From assembly GCA_041689145.1 (NCBI GenBank), contig JBDNGT010000103.1, positions 1-43,159 of the forward strand: DNA of 43,159 nucleotides. The letters run 5' to 3'. A model generated the notes under the pieces. That model saw only the letters and a program-made list of their open reading frames with translations. It was not told the DNA's origin and ran no database searches. This DNA is from Geopsychrobacter sp. Its GTDB lineage: Bacteria; Desulfobacterota; Desulfuromonadia; Desulfuromonadales; Geopsychrobacteraceae. Below, piece after piece: positions 18,171 to 26,738 of this stretch (position 1 is the stretch's first letter; the number at the start of each line of letters is the position of its first letter). Both the position numbers and the translations under genes were made by a program.

Positions 18171-18695
18171 TCAGAGAGCATAATGCGCAGCGGCTATCGG
18201 CGCAGGAATCTGGTCCGCGCCGGGCTCGCATTCAGCAAAGCCGAACACCCGCCCGAATCTCTGGTTTTTCCGCCCCGCTGCGCGCAATGGATATTGCTGC
18301 GGCCACCGCTGCGCCCCGGTCCCTTCCGGATGGCTATGAGTCGGCAGGGCTGTTTGTCACGCAAGCTCGAGAACCTGGTCCAAATCGTCAGCAGACCAAG
18401 CAACCGGACAACACGCATAGCCGCGCCGTTCCCATAGGAATTATAAGAGGATTTCGCGCTTGGAATCCCAGGATGGAAAGCGCCGACCGTAACCAACCTC
18501 GGGATAGAGATGATAAAAAACGTGATAATTTTCATGGAAGGGTTGCAGCTTAAGCAGCACATTGGCTGTCGCCAGTGTCAGTATCGTGTCATCGGTAAAA
18601 CGGCAACCGGGGGCAAAGAGCTCAAAGTTACATGACTTAATCGGATGAAACTCGAAACGTGAACCGATAATGTCACCAACAATCGTTCCCAGCAT
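18171..18695 (-). pseudogene. ADP-ribosylglycohydrolase family pseudogene
   Basis: MLGTIVGDIIGSRFE..FTDDT; frameshift to YNSYGNGAAMRV; frameshift to PVAWSADDLDQVLELA*QTALPTHSHPEG (TGA at 18357-18359); further shift to VAAAISIARSG. Most of the C-terminal half is missing. Confidence 0.88.
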
Positions 18696-18702
18696 CTCTC
18701 TT

Positions 18703-18897
18703 TCAGCTAGTCAGCCAATCGTAAAGAAATTTTCCCGCTGTCCCGAATACAACTAATTCAATCAACAGCAGCACAAGGGCCAGTTTCCACGGCTTCTTGC
18801 CACCACGTAATTTCTGAGGAAGAAATTTTCCCATATCGGCAAACATATTCTGCCAGGCTTCGGTAAAGACACTCTGATCCGGTTTTTTAGACTTCAT
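18703..18897 (-). CDS. Small hypothetical membrane protein (64 aa)
   Basis: Single C-terminal TM helix. Starts 2 nt after the upstream small gene's stop. Confidence 0.7.
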   Translation of the reverse strand: MKSKKPDQSVFTEAWQNMFADMGKFLPQKLRGGKKPWKLALVLLLIELVVFGTAGKFLYDWLTS

Positions 18898-18899
18898 TA

Positions 18900-19076
18900 T
18901 TAATGATAGCTTGTGTCACCGGTTGAGGTCGTCTTCAGCACAGCAAGGATCAATACCGCAAAAGGCCCGATCAGCAAACTGATTGCAATCCACAGATAGA
19001 TATTACGCCCTTTGCTTTTCGCCATCGAGACTGCCGCTGCGGCAAAAACGACCCAAATAAATATTAATTGATCCAT
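18900..19076 (-). CDS. Small hypothetical membrane protein (58 aa)
   Basis: Not in the ORF track. MDQLIFIWVVFAAAAVSMAKSKGRNIYLWIAISLLIGPFAVLILAVLKTTSTGDTSYH, with GGAGG RBS and an A..KGR...W helical-hairpin pattern. Confidence 0.8.
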   Translation of the reverse strand: MDQLIFIWVVFAAAAVSMAKSKGRNIYLWIAISLLIGPFAVLILAVLKTTSTGDTSYH

Positions 19077-19117
19077 AAAACCTCCGATTCAAAAGGGATT
19101 GTTCCAGATCCGATACT

Positions 19118-20749
19118 CTAAAGCTTCAGCTCTGCTTCGCCATCACATAGTTGCGCACGCAATGCATTGATATCAGCGCTCTCCAGATATTCCTCAAAAC
19201 TCATCACCCTGTCGATCACCCCACCCGGTGTCAGTTCGATAATCCGATTGGCCAGGGTCGAAACAAATTTGTGGTCGTGCGAAGCGAACAAAATCACTTC
19301 GTTAAAACCGATCAGACTGTTATTGAGTGCGGTGATCGATTCCAGGTCGAGGTGATTGGTCGGCTCGTCGAAGATCAGCACATTGGCATTAGTCAGCATC
19401 ATGCGTGACAACATGCAGCGGACCTTTTCCCCACCACTGAGCACACTGGTCATCTTGGTCGCCTCATCCCCGGAGAAGAGCATGCGGCCTAAGAAACCAC
19501 GCGCGAAGTTCTCCCCCTCGTGAGGTGGATACTGGCAAAGCCATTCGATCAGACTCAGATCCTTGGCAAAATAAGCACTGTTCTCCTTGGGGAAATAAGA
19601 ACTGGTAATGGTTACACCCCAACGAAAACTGCCGCTTCCCGGCTGAAGTTCACCAGTCAATACCTGCAACAGCGTGGATTTAGCCAGGCTATTGCCGACC
19701 AAGACAATTTTGTCCCCCTTGTTGACGATCAGATTCAATTTGTCCAGCACCTTGACCCCGTCAAGCGTTATCGTCAGATCCTTGATTTCGAGGATGATAT
19801 CGCCACAGGGACGCTCGGGCTGAAACATTACAAAAGGATACTTGCGTGACGAAACCGGCAGCTCTTCAATGTCCAATTTGTCGAGCAGTTTTTTGCGCGA
19901 GGTCGCCTGCTTGGCCTTGGAAGCGTTGGAACTGAAGCGCGCGATAAAGTCCTTGAGTTCGTTCGCCTTGTCGCTGGTCTTCTTATTGGCGTCCTGCTTC
20001 TGCTTCAACACCAGTTCACTGGCCTCGTACCAGAAGTCGTAGTTGCCGACATAGGTGCGAATGGTGCTGAAGTCGATATCGGATATATGAGTACAGGCCT
20101 GGTTGAGAAAATGCCGGTCATGCGAAACCACAATGACTGTATTCTGAAAACGGCCGAGAAACTCCTCGAGCCATTGAATCGATTTAAGATCCAGGTGGTT
20201 GGTCGGCTCATCCAGCAGCAGGATATCGGGGTTGCCGAACAGGGCCTGGGCCAGTAGCACTCGTACCTTGTCGCCGCCTTCGAGCTCTTTAAGCTTTTTG
20301 TGGCGTAACTCTTCGGCAATCCCGAGGCCGTTGAGCAGCACTGCGGCTTCTGATTCGGCTTCATAGCCGTTCATCTCAGCAAGTTCTGCTTCCAACTCAC
20401 CGGAACGCACACCATCCTCGTCGGTAAAATCCCCCTTGGTGTAGATCGCTTCGCGTTCGGCCATCACTTCGTAGAGGCGCGCATGCCCCATGATCACGGT
20501 ATTGAACACGCTCTCTTCATCAAAGGCGAACTGGTCCTGGCGCAGGACAGCTAAACGCAAGCCTTTGGCGATACTGACATCCCCTTTGTCAGCGTCGGTA
20601 TCACCCGCCAGAATCTTGAGAAAGGTCGATTTTCCGGCTCCGTTGGCTCCGATCAGGCCATAACAGTTACCTGGCGTGAACTTGATATTGACGTTTTTGA
20701 AAATCGTCCGTTTGCCGTAGGCTAGACAGATATTTGTTGCACTGATCAT
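19118..20749 (-). CDS. ABC-F family ATPase (YbiT/YkpA-like)
   Basis: Two ABC domains (GANGAGKST; LSGGEK), two DEPTNHLD motifs, linker FIARFSSNASKAKQATSRKK, no TM segments. Confidence 0.95.
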   Translation of the reverse strand: MISATNICLAYGKRTIFKNVNIKFTPGNCYGLIGANGAGKSTFLKILAGDTDADKGDVSIAKGLRLAVLRQDQFAFDEESVFNTVIMGHARLYEVMAEREAIYTKGDFTDEDGVRSGELEAELAEMNGYEAESEAAVLLNGLGIAEELRHKKLKELEGGDKVRVLLAQALFGNPDILLLDEPTNHLDLKSIQWLEEFLGRFQNTVIVVSHDRHFLNQACTHISDIDFSTIRTYVGNYDFWYEASELVLKQKQDANKKTSDKANELKDFIARFSSNASKAKQATSRKKLLDKLDIEELPVSSRKYPFVMFQPERPCGDIILEIKDLTITLDGVKVLDKLNLIVNKGDKIVLVGNSLAKSTLLQVLTGELQPGSGSFRWGVTITSSYFPKENSAYFAKDLSLIEWLCQYPPHEGENFARGFLGRMLFSGDEATKMTSVLSGGEKVRCMLSRMMLTNANVLIFDEPTNHLDLESITALNNSLIGFNEVILFASHDHKFVSTLANRIIELTPGGVIDRVMSFEEYLESADINALRAQLCDGEAELKL

Positions 20750-20779
20750 GGGTCAACCATCCTTGAACTTGTAAGTTCG

Positions 20780-20815
20780 AAAAAATAAAAGACCACAGGG
20801 CCAAACCCCGTGGTC
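20780..20815 (-). terminator. Intrinsic terminator in front of the ABC-F gene
   Basis: Minus strand gaccacgggg-tttgg-ccctgtggtc followed by ttttatttttt. Confidence 0.7.
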
Positions 20816-20921
20816 ATCGCGCAGATAAACTATATCATTGATCCCCTTTGGCAGACAACGCTTTTCCCTCCCTAACACGCTTTTCACTCCCCTGCCGGGA
20901 ACAGTCTGCTCCCAGCTCAGC

Positions 20922-21327
20922 TCAGGGGCGGGCACGCTCGTACTGCAACGGCCAAGGGTGATCGGCCTTGAGTTGTCCAGCGGCATGCAGCGGTCTCGAA
21001 CTGCGAACAGATCTGCTCAAGGTCTTCAACGCTCAGGGCCCGTGGTTCAGGCGAGCTGGGACTGAATGGGAGCGCGCTCGGCGCCAGGAGCTGCCAACCG
21101 CCTTCTATCAGCGCAACGCCCTTCCCTCCCAACCAGTGCGGCTGCACAGATGCCTTACGCCCGGCATGCCCCAACTGGATGGCACCGACCGCACGACTAC
21201 CGAGATGAACCAGATGCCAGTCATCTGGCGTGCCGTCATTGCAGGAATATTGACACATCGGCGCAACAAAAATTCGATTGCGCAGCTTCACGGAACGCAG
21301 TTTCAAGGGAGTGAAGAGTTGACTCAT
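20922..21327 (-). pseudogene. NADH:flavin oxidoreductase (old yellow enzyme, NamA/YqjM-like) pseudogene with internal deletions
   Basis: MSQLFTPL..RNRIFVAPMCQYS..HLVHLGSRAVG is joined directly to AIQLGHAGRKAS, so the EATAV..GRI segment is missing. After FETAA the sequence jumps, in another frame, to the family C-terminus HPWPLQYERARP*. Confidence 0.9.
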
Positions 21328-21511
21328 CGGGAAACCTCATCGTTGGCAAAACAGCTAAAGTGGCTGAACGAAAGAACTATTATTATCGCATCTATCAACC
21401 ACGCGCAACTCTCAAACTGGTGATTGAGCTTAGTTGATGTAACATCATTACAAGAAGGGTAAACTTGCGCTTCGACCAAGTCCCGCCGTTCCCCGCACAA
21501 GGAGTCTCACT

Positions 21512-21798
21512 ATGGCTAGCCATCCTGAACCTGCAGTTGACACACATAAATTGAGGACCTTTGCCGGGGTTTTCACCCCGAGCATTCTAACCATTCTCGG
21601 CATCATGCTTTTTTTGCGCCTCGGCTATGTGGTTGGTTCTGCAGGCCAGAAGCAGTCATTAGTGATTATTCCGCGCCAAGAATTGGCTAAGAAATCAGGC
21701 GTTAGGCCAAGGCTAAGCTGGAGGCGGAGAAACTGCAGATGGAAAACTTACTCAAGAAGTACCATCTGGAGGAAGACCCACCGGCCAGTGACAACTGA
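21512..21798 (+). pseudogene. Amino-acid permease / cation-chloride cotransporter-like pseudogene
   Basis: AAGGAG RBS, then KLRTFAGVFTPSILTILGIMLFLRLGYVVGSAG (first TM of APC/SLC12-like permeases). Homology is then lost; a helical tail KAKLEAEKLQMENLLKKYHLEEDPPASDN* follows in another frame. Confidence 0.8.
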
Positions 21799-21837
21799 CA
21801 AATATACCCCCCGGCTTTGCTGGGGGGTATATTTGTC
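21797..21837. repeat. 19-bp-stem hairpin (terminator, or IS200/IS605-end-like palindrome)
   Basis: gacaaatataccccccggc-ttt-gctggggggtatatttgtc, 18/19 complementary with one G-T, between convergent genes. Confidence 0.7.
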
Positions 21838-21871
21838 GCACGAAATGAATTAGTCGTGTGAACAGTCGGCG

Positions 21872-22630
21872 CTAATTATGCTGCCGGTCATGGTCCCATT
21901 TGCGATCGCGGCGCTCCTTTTCGGTTCTTTTGCGCCATTCACTCCCCGATCTATTGCTGCGCTTATCTCTGCGGTCATAATGCTCGCGACTCCGTCGATC
22001 CCAATTACGGTAATTTAGTTCATCATTTAGACGATGACGGAGGAAGAACTGTGCTCCAAGATATGTATGCTGCCGCACGCGGGTAGGATAACGATTGTGG
22101 AAACTGCGACCATCCAGATAGTGGTGGCCGCGATGCAGGTTGCCACTGCGGAAGACGTAACCAAAACTCAGGTAAATCGGTGAAGGACCGTAAAATCCTG
22201 GAGGAAAGGCATAATAGGCCAGCGGCGGTTCAACAAAGTAGTTGCGGATTTGCACGGGTGTCGGCACGGTCTCCGGCTGAGCGTCGGCGACCAACTGCCA
22301 GTTGCCGTCCACTTGGCGGCAGGCGGTACCATAGCCCTGCTCTTCCTGATCGCCGATAATTATTTTGCTCACGAATTCGCGACAAGGCCGTCCCTGCGCA
22401 TCTTCAAAGGTCCGGGTCGGCACCACGGCACCGGATCTGTTGTCGTCGGGATTCACCCAATCTGAAGGTTGGCTGGTCGGGTTATTCTCTAACGCATCCT
22501 GAAAGGTATCAACCATCGCCTGCAGTTCGACTCCAGTCAACTCTTGTTCCGCCGCCGTTGAAACAGTCGCGAAACCGGTCAATAACACTAATCCCAGCAT
22601 CACCAACTTCTCTATCACTCGCGTCGTCAA
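21872..22630 (-). CDS. RT0821/Lpp0805 (17-kDa surface antigen-like) exported protein with a charged low-complexity tail
   Basis: Signal peptide, then ALE....WVNPD...G...P......CREF...I.IG.....YGTACRQVDGNWQ. Start codon uncertain. Confidence 0.85.
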   Translation of the reverse strand: MTTRVIEKLVMLGLVLLTGFATVSTAAEQELTGVELQAMVDTFQDALENNPTSQPSDWVNPDDNRSGAVVPTRTFEDAQGRPCREFVSKIIIGDQEEQGYGTACRQVDGNWQLVADAQPETVPTPVQIRNYFVEPPLAYYAFPPGFYGPSPIYLSFGYVFRSGNLHRGHHYLDGRSFHNRYPTRVRQHTYLGAQFFLRHRLNDELNYRNWDRRSREHYDRRDKRSNRSGSEWRKRTEKERRDRKWDHDRQHN

Positions 22631-22770
22631 ACTCCTTTTTTAGAGGATCGGCATCTTTCGTCTGATTTTACCGCATCAATGACGGTCATGTTTGAAGCCT
22701 GAAATTATTATCAGCGAAAATGTTATACTTTCAGCCACGGCGCGCTCAAAACCCAACGTCCGCAACCAGT

Positions 22771-24057
22771 CTAACCGAAGCGGTAGACCCGTTTGCCGGC
22801 GCAATAGAGTTCCACCGGTCCATCTTCGGAAACCTTGACCACCAGCCCAAAGTGCGAGGCGGCACTAGCGGCGGTGGTTCGGCCACCCCCGGTGACCAGG
22901 CCTCTGACCTGCGAGGTGTCGACAATTACCCCGGTATCGAGCAGTTCCCCCTTACGGTTGATGACCGTCAATCCGTCCGAAGAGAGAATCCGGCTTAGTT
23001 CACCAGAGCGTTTCAAAACACCTAACCTGCTGCCGCGAACATGCTCGACCAGAGCCCGGCTCAAAGAACCACGTCCACCGACCGAACCCTTGCGCAAGGC
23101 ATCCAGATCGCTGCCGTCTGGGGCGATCAACACCACCGTGCCATGACGCGACTTCGACAGGGCGTAGATCGCCCAGATGAGAGCCTCGATCGAGTGTTTG
23201 TCCAACTGGCCGGCAAAAAATTCACGGAATATTTCGGGATCATAGACCCCCCAGGAACCCTTGCGCCAGACCAGGAACCGACCGCTGTCAAGCACAACCT
23301 CAACCTCCGAGACCTCGTTAACAAAGATCGCAAAGGCACCCTCCCCGGATTGGCCGAGTAGAGCCTGGGTATCCCGAGAGACAAGTTGATCAATCGACTT
23401 TTGCGAACGCGGCGCGCCGGTCTGAATGGTCCCCTTGACGTTCATGCTGATATCGCAGACGAACAGGGCGCGCAGGCCGTCGATAAAACGGTAAGAGAGC
23501 GGGTTGCGAAAAAAATCAGCATTGATCCGCTGGCGGGCCTTGCCCAGATCGAACCAGTCGTAGGGGGAGGTCTTGAGCGAGGAGACAAAATCATCCAACT
23601 GCGAACGATAGACCAAAAAACCGGTGGTCGCCTGCGTCCCTTCGTAGCGCTGGTAGGAGAGGTTCTTCAGCAATTGGATCAGGCTCTGGACTGGCCAGAA
23701 TACGCCCTTGCGATCACCCCTCAGGTAGCGAGCCACAGCAATGTCGGTAAGTGACGTCAACAAGGCGGTGCGAAAGTGGGCCGCATAGCCATGGGCCGAG
23801 AAACCGCCATACAGCCCCTCAAAGGCGGCGAGCAGTTCTTGGATAAAACCGACCTCGGTGGCGGTGAAGGCCAGTTCATCACGATTAGCCCGAAAGAGGT
23901 AGGAGGTCTTATCGAACATCAACCGGACCAGAATCTCCTGGCGGCTCTCCGATTCGGCAGTCTCTTCGACCTTCTCGAATTCAATCAGGGTGACCCTGGC
24001 CCCACCGAGAAAGGCGCAGATGCTGTTTTCAATAGCATTAAAGGCTGTTTTCGGCAT
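22771..24057 (-). CDS. DisA_N/DAC-fold nucleotide-cyclase family protein with divergent motifs
   Basis: C-terminal RHGTVVLI ... SSDGLTVI ... GGGRTTAASAAS ... VKVSEDGPV, versus canonical DGA, RHR and SED. The preceding LSYQRYEG...IDG region looks like a second, degenerate DAC fold. Confidence 0.82.
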   Translation of the reverse strand: MPKTAFNAIENSICAFLGGARVTLIEFEKVEETAESESRQEILVRLMFDKTSYLFRANRDELAFTATEVGFIQELLAAFEGLYGGFSAHGYAAHFRTALLTSLTDIAVARYLRGDRKGVFWPVQSLIQLLKNLSYQRYEGTQATTGFLVYRSQLDDFVSSLKTSPYDWFDLGKARQRINADFFRNPLSYRFIDGLRALFVCDISMNVKGTIQTGAPRSQKSIDQLVSRDTQALLGQSGEGAFAIFVNEVSEVEVVLDSGRFLVWRKGSWGVYDPEIFREFFAGQLDKHSIEALIWAIYALSKSRHGTVVLIAPDGSDLDALRKGSVGGRGSLSRALVEHVRGSRLGVLKRSGELSRILSSDGLTVINRKGELLDTGVIVDTSQVRGLVTGGGRTTAASAASHFGLVVKVSEDGPVELYCAGKRVYRFG

Positions 24058-24165
24058 GGGATTATGCTGCCTTATAGGGGCAAAGGGTGCAAACGACCTC
24101 AACCTGGGACAAGAAGAAGTTCAGGCAATATCCGGCATTAAAGTGTCAAAAATAAGCTCGAATCA

Positions 24166-25344
24166 TTAAACAGACCAACGGGTTTCCCGCCCCGGCCCCG
24201 GCTGACGCGGGATCAAGGTCGACAGCAGCAAGGAAATTAAGGCCATCACGGCGCCGAGATAGAAGACCAGGGCGTGAGAATTAAGCCAGAGCAGGCCGAA
24301 GACCACAGGGATTCCGACGGCGGCAATATGATTGATCGTGAAACTGACTCCGGCGGTTGAAGCGATATCGGCCGGCGCTGCAATCTTTTGAAAATAGGTT
24401 TTCAAACTAATCGACAAGGCAAAGAACAGGTGGTCAAGAACATACAGGGTGGCGGCGATGGTGCCGGTCGGCGCCAGAGCGTAGCCGCAAAAAATCACAA
24501 TCAGGCCACCATATTCCACGACCAAGGCATTGCGTTCACCGATCCGCGCGATCAGCCGTCCGATACGACGGGCAAAAAGCACGTTGAAAGAAGCATTCAG
24601 TAAAAACAGCAGCGCAATATCACTGACCGAATAAGCAAATTTTTCGACCATCAGAAATCCGGCGAACACCATGAAGATCTGCCGCCGCGCGCCCGCCATG
24701 AAAGTCAGCGTATAATACAACCAATAGCGCCGCCGCAGCACCATATGCTTGTGCTGGACCGTCTGTTGCGCAAAGGTTGGAAATGCGTGCCAGGCGCTCA
24801 GAGTAAGGAGCATGGTCAAGCCACCGAAGCCTAGATAGAGCCAGCGATAATCGCAATCCAGAAGACGTGTGCCAAGCCAGATCAGACAGAAGGCAAGAAT
24901 CGATGCGAAAGACCCGACGGCAATCAACCGGCCGAAAGTTTCGGCCGCGTGCTCTTTGGCAACCCACTGCTGGGCCAGAGACGTCTGCAGGGTTTCATAG
25001 TAGTGAAATCCCAGCGACATCAGCACGGTGGTCAGATATAGCCCGACTATCGAAGGGAAAAACCCGGTCAGGGCAGTACCGAGACCCAGCAGCAACAGAG
25101 ATAGGATTGCCATGGTCTGTTCGCGTATAAACAGCAGCAAAAAGACCACACCGAAGGCGAGAAATCCGGGGATCTCGCGTAGCGATTGCAGAATCCCAAT
25201 TTCGCGCCCGGTGAAGGCCGCCTGTTCGATGGCGAAATTATTCAGCAGCGCCTGCCAGGCGGCGAAACTCAGCGGGACCGCGAAGGTCATCAGCAAAAGC
25301 AAAAGTTCTGGCCGCTGCCAAGGTTTAGGTGTGTTATCAGGCAT
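24166..25344 (-). CDS. MFS transporter
   Basis: About 12 hydrophobic segments, LQSLREIPG, GRLIARIGER MFS loop motif. Confidence 0.9.
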   Translation of the reverse strand: MPDNTPKPWQRPELLLLLMTFAVPLSFAAWQALLNNFAIEQAAFTGREIGILQSLREIPGFLAFGVVFLLLFIREQTMAILSLLLLGLGTALTGFFPSIVGLYLTTVLMSLGFHYYETLQTSLAQQWVAKEHAAETFGRLIAVGSFASILAFCLIWLGTRLLDCDYRWLYLGFGGLTMLLTLSAWHAFPTFAQQTVQHKHMVLRRRYWLYYTLTFMAGARRQIFMVFAGFLMVEKFAYSVSDIALLFLLNASFNVLFARRIGRLIARIGERNALVVEYGGLIVIFCGYALAPTGTIAATLYVLDHLFFALSISLKTYFQKIAAPADIASTAGVSFTINHIAAVGIPVVFGLLWLNSHALVFYLGAVMALISLLLSTLIPRQPGPGRETRWSV

Positions 25345-25445
25345 AAGGCAGGTTGTTATGCTTTCCGAAATTAGCAGCCGTCACGGCGAGGGAAACCCTC
25401 TAGGGTGCGCCAACACAAGCACCAAGGATATAAGCCTACTGCGGC

Positions 25446-25652
25446 TCAAACGGACGGGTTAGCCTTTGGCGCAGAACTCTCTTCGTACCGTTGCTTAGTC
25501 GCTTCGGAAACTCTGCCAAAAAGATCGAGGGCCGCCTTAATCCTACGATCTATAAGTTGCGGATCAGTACTTTTGAGAAGGGTCGGTTCAGCTGTTATGA
25601 GCGCGGTGGTGATTTCAAGAGACAAATGTTCTTTGGGATTCATAAGGGCCAT
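25446..25652 (-). CDS. Small hypothetical protein (68 aa)
   Basis: ATG with AAAGGA upstream and helical composition, filling an intergenic gap. No family recognised. Confidence 0.55.
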   Translation of the reverse strand: MALMNPKEHLSLEITTALITAEPTLLKSTDPQLIDRRIKAALDLFGRVSEATKQRYEESSAPKANPSV

Positions 25653-25921
25653 CCTTTGGTTAGGGTCGTTGGTTGGTGCGGTTAGATTGCCAGAGGATAG
25701 CTAAAAAAACAAGTACTTGAAACCCCGAGAAAAATATACGGGAGCCCACACTCGTCAAACGCAGGATGAGAACTCTAAATTCAAGCGAGGCATAATGGCG
25801 AGATGCGTCGCCGGATTGTTTTCTGATTGTGTCTTGATGGTCTCCCGGTTTGACCGCGTACATCGTTTCGGGGTAATAAATGACCAGAGGTTCAAATATC
25901 TATATCACAAGGAGAATAAGC

Positions 25922-26203
25922 ATGCCCCAAGCAGAAGCACGTCACATCCTGGTCCCAACCGAAGAAGCCTGTATTGAGCTTAAAAGCAAAATCGAAGGCG
26001 GTCTCGATTTCGCTGAAGCCGCCGCCGAGAGTTCAAAATGTCCTTCCGGTCGTTCAGGTGGCGCACTCGGTTCTTTCGGTCCCGGCCAGATGGTTAAAGA
26101 ATTCGATGAGGTGGTTTTCAGTGGTGAGATCGGCAAGGTTCTGGGTCCGGTTAAAACCCAATTCGGTTTTCACTTGATCGAAATCACTAGCCGTACCGAG
26201 TAG
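25922..26203 (+). CDS. ppiC: Parvulin-type peptidyl-prolyl cis-trans isomerase
   Basis: ARHILV, SKCPSG..GG.LG.F..GQMV.EFD, PVKTQFGFHLI. AAGGAG RBS. Confidence 0.96.
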   Translation: MPQAEARHILVPTEEACIELKSKIEGGLDFAEAAAESSKCPSGRSGGALGSFGPGQMVKEFDEVVFSGEIGKVLGPVKTQFGFHLIEITSRTE

Positions 26204-26227
26204 AATCCAGTTTAAGAAGTAACTTGT

Positions 26228-26263
26228 AAGGGCCGCAAATTGCGGCCTTTTTTTTATTTTTTT
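26228..26263 (+). terminator. Intrinsic terminator of ppiC
   Basis: ggccgcaa-a-ttgcggcc followed by a long T-tract. Confidence 0.85.
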
Positions 26264-26316
26264 CCCGCCTCAATCTGAGTATCCACCTGGCAAAAGATTA
26301 CTCTGTCGGCCACCGG

Positions 26317-26643
26317 TCATAGCCCTTTCAACAGCTCGGAATACTCCTGCAGCGACTGGATCGCTTGCATTGTGCTTTGGTATAAGAACCAACTGAGGAG
26401 GCTGATCAGGACACTGAGGCCGATCTTCCAGGCCCGGGAGGTTTGGGGGCGTAACCAGATGAGTGGCAAAGCGAACGGTCCGACGAAGCTGATGGCAATC
26501 ACAATAAAGGTTTTGCGCAGATACCAGGGGAGTTGTGCTTCCGCTGAAACCAGCGGTTTGTTACCAGTCATGAACTCACCACAGTGCTTGCACTTGATGG
26601 CGGCATCCTGGATCTCTTCGGCGCAGAAGGGACAAATTTTCAC
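26317..26643 (-). CDS. Zinc-ribbon domain membrane protein
   Basis: KICPFCAEEIQDAAIKCKHCGE plus two TM segments. GGAGGAG RBS, GTG start. Confidence 0.88.
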   Translation of the reverse strand: MKICPFCAEEIQDAAIKCKHCGEFMTGNKPLVSAEAQLPWYLRKTFIVIAISFVGPFALPLIWLRPQTSRAWKIGLSVLISLLSWFLYQSTMQAIQSLQEYSELLKGL

Positions 26644-26687
26644 AGTTTCTCCTCCGACAGTTGTACCTTAGCGCAAGTTAAAATGAA

Positions 26688-26725
26688 ACGCCAGGGTCTG
26701 GACTTAGCAAGCCAGACCCTGGCGT
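26688..26725 (-). terminator. Stem-loop / terminator after rhlE
   Basis: acgccagggtctgg ... ccagaccctggcgt, 14-bp stem, followed by ttcatttt on the minus strand. Confidence 0.7.
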
Positions 26726-26738
26726 CATCAATATTTTA

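Noticed and set aside
18357-18359. In-frame TGA as selenocysteine or programmed read-through
   Set aside because: It is not at a Cys-equivalent position, and the gene also has several frameshifts, so decay explains it.
21435-21447. TGATGT-A-ACATCA palindrome as an FNR/CRP site
   Set aside because: Spacing is TTGAT-N5-ATCAT rather than N4, and both flanking genes are pseudogenes, so it cannot be assigned.
21512-21853. 113-aa ORF as an intact protein
   Set aside because: Only the first ~50 aa are permease-like; the rest is out-of-frame sequence running through a hairpin.
22771-25344. DAC-like gene as part of a CBASS-like anti-phage operon
   Set aside because: The neighbours are an MFS transporter and a surface-antigen-like gene. 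No effector (nuclease, TIR, patatin, SLATT) or island context is visible.
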